This document shows positions 8,859-15,922 of a DNA stretch of 35,374 nucleotides, piece after piece. The notes below the pieces were generated by a model. That model saw only the letters and a program-made list of their open reading frames with translations, made no database searches and was not told the DNA's origin. Position numbers and translations under genes: made by a program. Source of the DNA: a virus (lineage: Duplodnaviria > Caudoviricetes); IMG/VR virus record IMGVR_UViG_3300017963_000520, positions 1-35,374 of that record; one strand, given 5' to 3'. Each line of letters begins with the position of its first letter. Position 1 is the first letter of the stretch.

Positions 8859-9077
8859 CTATAGATTGCCCATTCGATAGTTTGCCGACATTTTGCCGAC
8901 CATTTTTTTCCTGCCTTCGTCGTAGTCCATAAATTCACAATCAACTTTTTTTGTTCTTGGGAAGATACCGTTATTGAGGCAGCATTCTATACAGTATTCA
9001 TCTCCAACAAAAGCTTTTTGATCCGGATCATATGTTTTTATTGGGCATCGTGTCAGGTGTTTATAATCAATCAACAT
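8859..9077 (-). CDS. Small Cys-rich protein, paralog of the MazG N-terminal domain
   Basis: MLIDY...LTRCPI...CxEC...KVDC is shared with the downstream ORF. AGGAGG RBS. Confidence 0.75.
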   Translation of the reverse strand: MLIDYKHLTRCPIKTYDPDQKAFVGDEYCIECCLNNGIFPRTKKVDCEFMDYDEGRKKMVGKMSANYRMGNL

Positions 9078-9094
9078 TTCTATTCCTCCTCCTG

Positions 9095-9712
9095 TTAGTA
9101 GTTTAGAGCCTCTTCATATGATATAAGAAAATGAATTCCGTGTGAGCATTCGACACGGATATCCGGATCATATTGATCCGGTTTCATGATTTTTCCAACT
9201 TTATACTCAGTGCCATCATGTTTTGAGTATGCAACACCTTTAAATAACTTCCCGTTTTTTTCCATGTATTCCACAATCGCAAATTCGGCACGGCATTTAC
9301 GTCCGACAAGAGAAGATGTGCGCCTTGCATATGCTGGTATTTTAAGTTTGCAAATAATACTGTTTTGCAGTTTTTTCCATGCAAAAAAGCTTCCGCCTGC
9401 TGGACAAATCTTATAATCCGGGAGCTTGGCTCCCAGAAGATCGGCATTCCGCAGCTTGGCTCCCCAAAGATTGGCTCTCCAAAGATTGGCTCCCCGGAGA
9501 TCGGCTTCCGAAAGATATGCTTCCGAAAGATTGGCATTCCAAAGATAGGCTCCCCGAAGATCGGCATTCCAAAGATAGGCTCCCCGAAGATCGGCTCCCC
9601 GGAGATCGGCTCTCCGGAGATCGGCTCCCCAAAGATCGGCTCCCCAAAGATTGGCTTCCCGGAGATCTTTAATCTCACCTTTTTTGACTTTCTCTAAATC
9701 CAATATTTCCAT
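9095..9712 (-). CDS. Pentapeptide-repeat protein with conserved phage C-terminal domain
   Basis: About 16 A(D/N/Y/K)Lxx repeats, then KLKIPAYARR...RKCRAE...ECSHGIHF. AGGAGG RBS. Confidence 0.92.
   Translation of the reverse strand: MEILDLEKVKKGEIKDLREANLWGADLWGADLRRADLRGADLRGAYLWNADLRGAYLWNANLSEAYLSEADLRGANLWRANLWGAKLRNADLLGAKLPDYKICPAGGSFFAWKKLQNSIICKLKIPAYARRTSSLVGRKCRAEFAIVEYMEKNGKLFKGVAYSKHDGTEYKVGKIMKPDQYDPDIRVECSHGIHFLISYEEALNY
9420..9668. repeat. Degenerate 15-bp tandem repeat encoding pentapeptides
   Basis: Units like aagatcggctcccc(g/a) repeated about 16 times. Confidence 0.9.
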
Positions 9713-9742
9713 GTATTTACCCTCCTGTAAAAAATTAAAGTT

Positions 9743-11512
9743 TTAAAACGGAATATCGTCAACATCGTCATTGATAATAAAATCAGGTTCAATTATCACT
9801 TCCGGTTCTTTTCCCTGTTCCAGACCTAACCTTTCAATATCTTCGTCATAAAAAATATGATCCAAAACCTTGTCAAAACCGTTTTTATCAACTTGCAAAA
9901 CGACTTTTTCCGGGTATATAAATTCATCTTCTATTCGATCAAGCGCTTCATCTACCGTTTTAGGAACCGGATCTTCTCCGGTTGTCATTTTATCCCACCA
10001 TTCGGAAGCCTTTTGTGATGCAAATCCACCATGCTCAAGACATACCCATTCCGAAGCTAACAGAGATTGATATGGATTTTCATCATGGTATTCAACCCGC
10101 ATAGAATCTGGCTTGCCTTTCTTTTTATGCCTTTTGAATTTTACATCAAATATATCACAAACCATCGGCGGTTCAGGTTCAAACTTTACCGACTGCAAGT
10201 CCGGTCTTTCTGTAGCAATCTCAATTTCCCTTTCCGTAGGCGGATAAATATACCCGCAATCGGGACACTCAATTCTTGCAACGTGCATCCAACAGTTACA
10301 TTCAGGGCATTCTTTTTCGAACTTTTTTAGTGCTTCGGCGGATACTTTTTTAGGTATTTTGACTTTGATATTGTCAAGATCTGTTCCGAATCGTGCCGTA
10401 TTATCCGTCAGATCCAATAGGAAAGCTCTTTTTTTGCTTGGATGAGTACGAATAACTCTACCTACAGCCTGCAAATATAATCCAGGTGATAGGGTGTGAC
10501 GAGCCATAACAAGGCAATCAAGAGGTGGAAAGTCGAATCCTTCAACAAGAATATTTATTGACGTGATTATTCGTTTCCTGCCTTCCTGCCAATCACGCAT
10601 ATTCTTTTCACGTTCAATCGGCGTCAATTTCGAATGAACGGTTGTGCATTCATCCCCGAGTAAGTCTTTTAATGCCTCTGCGTGATCAATACCTACACAA
10701 AAAACGCATATCCGGTTGAACTCTTGGCAATGTTCCCGGATTTCTTCAACCGCTGTTTCAAGGTGAATTTGCTTTGTCATTACGTCTTGAAGCTGTTCGA
10801 GTACAAAATCACCGTTCCGTTTTACTCCATCGATATCTTTTTGCAAGGCGTTTGTATTTGCCGCAAGTCCTTCTAATGGCATTAAAAAGCCTTTTTCTTT
10901 CAACTCCTCGTATTTGATGCAATGATTCAAGCGAGGGAAAAGAACTTCACCGGCATTACGATTTCCATAACAGAATCCGAGACCCATACGAAATGGAGTG
11001 GCTGTGGTTCCCAATATTCGCAATTGCTCATTTTTTGATTGTAGGTCGGAAATGATTTGATAATATCTTGACTCTTTTTTGTCCATGCTTATTGCATGAC
11101 ACTCATCAACTACTAACATTGAACAATATTGGTATTTTGAAAGCTGATTTATGAAAGTATCCCGAGTAGCAATCACGATCCGCTTTTTGATTTGCACTTT
11201 ATTACTTATACCCGCACAAGCAATCCCAATTTCATTATCGGGAACATCGGTTTTTTCTCGAAATGTTTTATGAAACTGTTTTACGAGTTCCTCTTTGTGT
11301 GCCAATATCAGAAAGTTCCGGTCCGTCTCAAAAAAATACCGATTTATCAATCGGCATACCATGACAGTTTTACCGGCTCCCATTATTGCTTGTAATAGGA
11401 CGTGTTTTTCCGTTTGCAAGTCGGCATGAACCCGGTTTAATGCTGTTATTTGGTACGGTCTGAGTGCGAAATTTCTTGAGTCATCCTTCGCCGTATTTTG
11501 TTCATTTTCCAT
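9743..11512 (-). CDS. SF2 DExH helicase (RadD/YejH-like) with Zn ribbon
   Basis: LRPYQ Q-motif, MGAGKT, DECH, TATP, EGFD, QAVGRVIR and CPEC...CPDC. Start reassigned to MENEQ. Ends DDIPF. Confidence 0.9.
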   Translation of the reverse strand: MENEQNTAKDDSRNFALRPYQITALNRVHADLQTEKHVLLQAIMGAGKTVMVCRLINRYFFETDRNFLILAHKEELVKQFHKTFREKTDVPDNEIGIACAGISNKVQIKKRIVIATRDTFINQLSKYQYCSMLVVDECHAISMDKKESRYYQIISDLQSKNEQLRILGTTATPFRMGLGFCYGNRNAGEVLFPRLNHCIKYEELKEKGFLMPLEGLAANTNALQKDIDGVKRNGDFVLEQLQDVMTKQIHLETAVEEIREHCQEFNRICVFCVGIDHAEALKDLLGDECTTVHSKLTPIEREKNMRDWQEGRKRIITSINILVEGFDFPPLDCLVMARHTLSPGLYLQAVGRVIRTHPSKKRAFLLDLTDNTARFGTDLDNIKVKIPKKVSAEALKKFEKECPECNCWMHVARIECPDCGYIYPPTEREIEIATERPDLQSVKFEPEPPMVCDIFDVKFKRHKKKGKPDSMRVEYHDENPYQSLLASEWVCLEHGGFASQKASEWWDKMTTGEDPVPKTVDEALDRIEDEFIYPEKVVLQVDKNGFDKVLDHIFYDEDIERLGLEQGKEPEVIIEPDFIINDDVDDIPF

Positions 11513-11744
11513 TTTCGTGCTCTGAAACCATATTATTGATATGTATGATATGTACAAGCTCTATTTTTGCTTTATTGAAAATATCCTTTACGTTTTCAAG
11601 TTGATTGAAGCAGTTAACAATGTCAATTACATCGCAATCAACAGGAAGCTTGATATCTGTTTCAATTATTAGTTTTAAATCGCTGATAGTATCATGAAAA
11701 TTCATTATTTTATCCTTGATGTTTTGCTCGTGTTTTATTTGCAT
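11502..11744 (-). CDS. Hypothetical protein (80 aa)
   Basis: AGGAGG RBS before MQIKHEQ; the longer ORF-track start would run through a hairpin. Confidence 0.65.
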   Translation of the reverse strand: MQIKHEQNIKDKIMNFHDTISDLKLIIETDIKLPVDCDVIDIVNCFNQLENVKDIFNKAKIELVHIIHINNMVSEHENGK

Positions 11745-11768
11745 TTCACCTCCTGCTTTAAGAAAGAA

Positions 11769-11804
11769 CTCCCCGGCCAAAAAACCGGGGAGAAGGTTTT
11801 TTTT
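11769..11804. terminator. GC-rich hairpin, possibly bidirectional terminator
   Basis: CTCCCCGG-ccaaaaaa-CCGGGGAG with a T8 run on the plus side and TTCTTTCTT on the minus side. Confidence 0.65.
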
Positions 11805-11961
11805 ATATGCTATAATGAAAATCTTCAGAATCAATCTCATCCAAAAGATAACTCAAAACCTCTTCGATTCCATGCTCGTATGTCATGGCTGGAAATTTAG
11901 TTTCGCCACTATCGGGGAGTTTGCTGATTATTTTTTCAAGGAATTCAGGTGTTAGTTTCAT
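11803..11961 (-). CDS. Small acidic phage protein (52 aa)
   Basis: AGGAGG RBS; MKLTPEFLEKIISKLPDSGETKFPAMTYEHGIEEVLSYLLDEIDSEDFHYSI*. Not in the ORF track. Confidence 0.7.
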   Translation of the reverse strand: MKLTPEFLEKIISKLPDSGETKFPAMTYEHGIEEVLSYLLDEIDSEDFHYSI

Positions 11962-11975
11962 TGATATGTCCTCCT

Positions 11976-12503
11976 TTACCATCCGACGTCAATCGTGGTT
12001 TCAGTTTTTGATTGTGTTGTTGCTGCGTTTTTGATTTCAAAGAAATCGTCAATTTTAACTCCCTTGACTTTGTCGCCTGTGGTTTTTGAAATATATTCAT
12101 TTTCAATCAAAAGAATATACATAGGTTTACCATATAATCCCCTTTTGTCTTTTGGCGGGTAGTCAATACCAGCAAGTCTACATGCTTTTCTCAACTTACC
12201 TTGACCTATCTTTTGTGTTACTTTTGATGTTTCCGTCCCTGAATGTAGGATATTCCAAAAATCTAATACCTCCTTGCCTTCATCTTCTCCGGCTACAATT
12301 TGAAATTTAACGTGCATTACTTTACCATTACCACTTGAGCTATCTTTAATTTCATCTTCAAGAATAACTGCTTTGTGCTTCCCCAATTTAGGCATTCCGC
12401 TACCTGATTCTTTTACATCCGGATCAAGTCCTAACCCTGTCAAATCAAACATGTTTTTTTCTCCTATTAACAAGTTAAAATTAAGTAAAAACCTCTTATA
12501 CAT
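11976..12503 (-). CDS. DUF669-like putative single-stranded DNA-binding protein
   Basis: PKLGKHKAVI...SSSGNGKVMHVKFQIVAG pattern, directly downstream of the Sak4-like gene. The true start is probably MFDLTG after GGAG. Confidence 0.75.
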   Translation of the reverse strand: MYKRFLLNFNLLIGEKNMFDLTGLGLDPDVKESGSGMPKLGKHKAVILEDEIKDSSSGNGKVMHVKFQIVAGEDEGKEVLDFWNILHSGTETSKVTQKIGQGKLRKACRLAGIDYPPKDKRGLYGKPMYILLIENEYISKTTGDKVKGVKIDDFFEIKNAATTQSKTETTIDVGW

Positions 12504-12526
12504 TACTTTTCGAAAAATTGCAATAC

Positions 12527-13255
12527 TTACCGAGCGTTAATAATTGCGTTTTTCAAATCCTCAAAAGAAAATGGGATTTCATCCGGCAAACCGTAGCGGT
12601 TTTTTGCTCGGTATGCCGGGTTCGGTTGGGTATAAATAACCCTTTCACCGCCTACGGCCTTACCGGAATTCTTGCCTTTTTTCGTCTTTACATAAACCTT
12701 GAAATTCGCAAAAAGAACCGCATCGGCCCATTCTTCTGCAATTGCGGCGGCCGTCTTGTGTAGTTTGATTTGCCACCTATCATAGGAATCAGAATTTGGC
12801 GGAGAAAAAGGCTTGATTTCAGTATGAGCAAGCAAAACGATTGCAATCCCCTTATTTCGCATCATTTCAAGTCCGTCATAAAATCGCCTCCATTGAGTTG
12901 TTGCGAAAAGATATCCTTTTCCATATCCTATTTCGTCGATACTATCGACTGAATGAGTTTCGCAGACATGCTTCCACATAAGCTTTTCAAGCCAATCCAA
13001 AGTATCGACTACAAAAGTTTTATACTCATGTTCTTCTTCAATTAACTCCTTCATGCATACCCATAATTCTTGCAAGTTTTTTGCAAGTGGAAAGTGGGGT
13101 ACGTCAATCGTGGTCAACCCATCCTCTGTAGGAAGAAAGATAGGATTTGGTGTTTTACTTCCGAATGTGCTCTTGCCGATTCCAGGCGGGCCATGCAATA
13201 CAATTTTAATCGGCTTTTTCTCGATACCCGTTTTTACCATGTCAATTAATGCCAT
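12527..13255 (-). CDS. Sak4-like (AAA_24) phage ATPase / single-strand annealing recombinase
   Basis: HGPPGIGKSTF, VVDTLDWLE, GYGKGY, LLAH, EWADAVLFA and AKNR. Confidence 0.88.
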   Translation of the reverse strand: MALIDMVKTGIEKKPIKIVLHGPPGIGKSTFGSKTPNPIFLPTEDGLTTIDVPHFPLAKNLQELWVCMKELIEEEHEYKTFVVDTLDWLEKLMWKHVCETHSVDSIDEIGYGKGYLFATTQWRRFYDGLEMMRNKGIAIVLLAHTEIKPFSPPNSDSYDRWQIKLHKTAAAIAEEWADAVLFANFKVYVKTKKGKNSGKAVGGERVIYTQPNPAYRAKNRYGLPDEIPFSFEDLKNAIINAR

Positions 13256-13306
13256 TTTTTAAATCCCTCCTTATTTGTTAAAAACTATCTCCCAAATTTC
13301 ATTTTT

Positions 13307-13681
13307 TCAGACTTTCAGATTTTCAGCAATAAACATAACTATTTCCTTATTTCCTTTCCACCATTCGAGGGCTCCAGGATCCATTTTGTTAATTTCTTCG
13401 TCTGTAAAACCTTTCCATGCCTCCACTGAATGATATTCGCATCCAATTCTGATGGAGTTTTCTCGAATATGACAAACTCCGTATGGATTATTTAAAAACC
13501 TATCTGTATTGGGTAAAGTAGCATTCCGGAGATCGGCATTCCAAAGATTGGCTCCCTGAAGCTTGGCTCCCGAAAGATTGGCTTCCGAAAGATCGGCTCT
13601 CCGAAGATCGGCTTTCCGAAAATCGGTCCGCCAAAGCTTGGCTTCCGATACTATTCCATCACAACTTTGACATTTGTACAT
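13307..13681 (-). CDS. Second pentapeptide-repeat protein
   Basis: About 9 pentapeptides, then the IRIGCEYH...W...ALEWW C-terminal domain. Confidence 0.88.
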   Translation of the reverse strand: MYKCQSCDGIVSEAKLWRTDFRKADLRRADLSEANLSGAKLQGANLWNADLRNATLPNTDRFLNNPYGVCHIRENSIRIGCEYHSVEAWKGFTDEEINKMDPGALEWWKGNKEIVMFIAENLKV

Positions 13682-13786
13682 GATTTCCCCCCTCGTTTAA
13701 TCGTTAATGTTCAAAAGAGAACTCCTTATCCATCGGAGTCCCAGCATATTTTATTGAACACTGTCATACACTAAAACTGAAAACAG

Positions 13787-13815
13787 ACACTATACGATTT
13801 TTTAAATTTTTTCAA
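13787..13815 (-). promoter_or_regulatory. Leftward early promoter
   Basis: TTGAAA (13815-13810), then TATAGT at 15 nt or TAGTGT at 17 nt spacing. Confidence 0.55.
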
Positions 13816-13900
13816 CCCGGTTTTCCATTTTTTTTCATTATTTTTTATGATTTTCAAAATATTCAATAAAATCAACACTTTTTAATTGTAAAATTTTTTC

Positions 13901-13929
13901 TTGACAAAGAGTTTCTGATCGTATAATAT
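13901..13929 (+). promoter_or_regulatory. Rightward promoter
   Basis: TTGACA (13901-13906), then TATAAT at 15 nt or TAATAT at 17 nt, with an AT-rich upstream region. Confidence 0.7.
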
Positions 13930-13987
13930 GCTTTTCGGAATCGGTTCAGGACGTGACCGAATTTTTCGGAAAAGCAAAAAAGGAGAT

Positions 13988-14125
13988 ATGATGGATAATA
14001 TTTTTATGGATGCTGAATTTAATGGATTGTCTCCATATGGTTATGAAATGGAACAGAAAAAGAAAAAAAAAGAGGATGGCCTTTCAGATTGGTTGATTTT
14101 TACTATGCGCAGGAGGATTAATTGA
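13988..14125 (+). CDS. Small hypothetical protein
   Basis: AAGGAG RBS before MMDNIF; the stop overlaps the next start. Confidence 0.55.
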   Translation: MMDNIFMDAEFNGLSPYGYEMEQKKKKKEDGLSDWLIFTMRRRIN

Positions 14126-14394
14126 AATACTATACAATAAAACAAGCGGCAAAAGAGCTAAATCTTTCCGAAAGGACTGTCCGGAAACGGATATCCCAAG
14201 GAAAGATAAAAACTGATGGTAAAATGCTTATTTCAGATGACGAACTTAGTAAAACCCCTGCAAAAGGCGAAAGGTTCGTCCCCGAAAGAAAGCCGGATTG
14301 CCGAAGATATATGGAGTGTTTAAATATATACGCTCCAAGCGATAAGATATTTAGTTGTGATAAGTGTAATCGGTATGAACAGGAGGAAATATGA
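14122..14394 (+). CDS. Excisionase-like HTH protein with C-terminal Cys4 domain
   Basis: YYTIKQAAKELNLSERTVRKRISQGKI is an HTH_17-like pattern; C-terminal DCRRYMECL...CDKC. Confidence 0.8.
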   Translation: MKYYTIKQAAKELNLSERTVRKRISQGKIKTDGKMLISDDELSKTPAKGERFVPERKPDCRRYMECLNIYAPSDKIFSCDKCNRYEQEEI

Positions 14395-14461
14395 GTAATA
14401 ACATTATTATGCTCAATTAGATTAGGAAAAACCTATTGCAATTCCAAGAAAAAGGTGATAT

Positions 14462-14632
14462 ATGAAAGCAATATATGGGATGTCAATTTATTGTGTGATT
14501 GCCTCTTTTGGCAATCTCATAATGGGAAGTGAGTTGAACTCGGTATTTTTTGCAATCCTATCAGGGTTATTTTACCTAACTTTTAAGGTTGAAAAATGGA
14601 AATTGAAGACATTGATGAAAATGAGGAAATAA
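14462..14632 (+). CDS. Small two-TM membrane protein (56 aa)
   Basis: AAGGTG RBS; MKAIYGMSIYCVIASFGNLIMGSELNSVFFAILSGLFYLTFKVEKWKLKTLMKMRK*. Confidence 0.5.
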   Translation: MKAIYGMSIYCVIASFGNLIMGSELNSVFFAILSGLFYLTFKVEKWKLKTLMKMRK

Positions 14633-14817
14633 AACCTGTCAGGAAATATGATTGCAAGTATTATGAAATGTGTCTCGAATATCATGCTTTTTTAGACATT
14701 GAAGAGATTGTATTTTGTAATGCTTGCAAGCGATATTTATCAGATAATCAATGGAGAGAAGATGATCCATTGGCTATCTGCAAATTGTTATTAGAAGTAT
14801 TCAAGGAGGAAATGTGA
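14596..14817 (+). CDS. Cys4-domain protein paralogous to the C-terminus of 14122-14394
   Basis: RKYDCKYYEMCL...CNACKRY. Confidence 0.7.
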   Translation: MEIEDIDENEEIKPVRKYDCKYYEMCLEYHAFLDIEEIVFCNACKRYLSDNQWREDDPLAICKLLLEVFKEEM

Positions 14818-15452
14818 AACCAGTTGCTGTAGATTTCGAAACAATAGGAGACAATCGACTGATTCCCTATATGAAAGATCCGCTGCCAGATAAACGGCTA
14901 AAAGATCCAGAAAAAAAAATTGCTCAAATAGCAGAAAAAAAAGCCATTCAAATTATTGATATGGCTAAAAAACCGATATATAATAAAATCATATGTGCCG
15001 GTTTTTATGACAATGAAAAATCAATTGCTATAGTCCTAAAACACGATGATGATCCGCAATTGTTTTTGAAAGATATATGGAATACTCTAAAAAAATACAA
15101 TTATTATATATCTTTCAACGGATTAAGTTTTGACTTTCCCACATTAATAATGAACTCAATCCGATATAAAGTTGAACCCACTGTTCGAATAGGACTTGAA
15201 CGATACAGGATTTCTAATCACTTTGATATCCGGGCCATATTAGCTGGATGGGATAAGTACGCAGATGGAACCCTTGATTTCTTTATGAAATCATTTGGTA
15301 TCCCCGGAGGGAAAAAAGGTGTTGATGGTTCTATGATTGCACAATTATATGCGGATAAACAATATGATATTATTGCTGATTATTGTGCAAATGGAGATTG
15401 TTTGGATACCTGGAATTTATGGAAGCATGTCACAAAATATATGATAATTTGA
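14814..15452 (+). CDS. DnaQ/DEDDy-type 3'-5' exonuclease
   Basis: ExoI VDFET, ExoII FNGLSFD, HFD and ExoIII YCANGD. GTGA overlap. Confidence 0.85.
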   Translation: MKPVAVDFETIGDNRLIPYMKDPLPDKRLKDPEKKIAQIAEKKAIQIIDMAKKPIYNKIICAGFYDNEKSIAIVLKHDDDPQLFLKDIWNTLKKYNYYISFNGLSFDFPTLIMNSIRYKVEPTVRIGLERYRISNHFDIRAILAGWDKYADGTLDFFMKSFGIPGGKKGVDGSMIAQLYADKQYDIIADYCANGDCLDTWNLWKHVTKYMII

Positions 15453-15477
15453 CGCATCTATAAAGATGCGCCAAATT
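15446..15477. terminator. Hairpin at the convergence of the two transcription units
   Basis: aatttgacgcatct-ataa-agatgcgccaaatt, a 14-bp stem with one non-Watson-Crick position. Confidence 0.6.
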
Positions 15478-15492
15478 GTTTCATGTGGAACA
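15477..15492. promoter_or_regulatory. parS-like palindrome
   Basis: TGTTTCATGTGGAACA; its reverse complement TGTTCCACATGAAACA differs at one position from the consensus TGTTNCACGTGAAACA. Confidence 0.65.
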
Positions 15493-15508
15493 TTAATTGT
15501 GTGAAACT

Positions 15509-15790
15509 TTAGATCGTTAATGCATCCACAAAATCAGAGAAGACGGTAATCGTCCCACCATTGTAAGCAGTCAGGAAAGCAGACCACCTGTCAGAGAACG
15601 CCTGCGCCTGTGTAGAGTCTTCAATTCCAAATACAGCTTGCATTTCAGATGCACTTACCCCGATCGCCTGCGCCCTCAATCCTTCATATCCTTCAAGCTT
15701 TCCGACTGCATTCCGAAGCATAAGCATAGCTGAAGCGATTTCACTCGCTGCTTTCGTAGCCGAACTATCAATTTTAACTATCGCTGCCAT
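15509..15790 (-). CDS. Hypothetical protein, last gene of the late operon
   Basis: 93-aa ORF with AAGGAG RBS. Confidence 0.75.
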   Translation of the reverse strand: MAAIVKIDSSATKAASEIASAMLMLRNAVGKLEGYEGLRAQAIGVSASEMQAVFGIEDSTQAQAFSDRWSAFLTAYNGGTITVFSDFVDALTI

Positions 15791-15793
15791 AAT

Positions 15794-15913
15794 TTAATCT
15801 CCTTGTTCTTCCGTTTCTATGATTTTTGTGTTTGGCGGTAAAATAAGCCTGTCGCCAGTTGATACCTTAATTTCCTTGATTGTTCCATTTTCATACTCAA
15901 CAGTATATTTCAT
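15794..15913 (-). CDS. Small hypothetical protein (39 aa)
   Basis: MKYTVEYENGTIKEIKVSTGDRLILPPNTKIIETEEQGD* fills the gap exactly, with an AGGA RBS. Confidence 0.6.
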   Translation of the reverse strand: MKYTVEYENGTIKEIKVSTGDRLILPPNTKIIETEEQGD

Positions 15914-15922
15914 ACTTAGATC

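Noticed and set aside
9420-9668. CRISPR-like array
   Set aside because: The units are contiguous coding 15-mers with no unique spacers, and there are no cas genes.
9184-9697. Several overlapping ORFs in alternate frames and on the opposite strand
   Set aside because: They are a by-product of a stop-free 15-bp repeat. Only 9095-9712 has an RBS and a recognisable domain.
13855-13882. Integrase arm-type or att-like AT-rich motif
   Set aside because: There is no integrase, tRNA or second core copy in the window. It is compatible with promoter UP elements.
14391-14465. Stop-codon reassignment suggested by MSNNIIMLN-TAG-IRKNLLQFQEKGDI and in-frame TGAs in small ORFs
   Set aside because: TAG ends the full-length clamp and primase, TGA ends many genes in ATGA overlaps, and long genes are intact in code 11. 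A local nonsense mutation is more likely.
14462-14632. Holin
   Set aside because: It has two TM segments and a basic tail, but it sits in the early block with no endolysin nearby.
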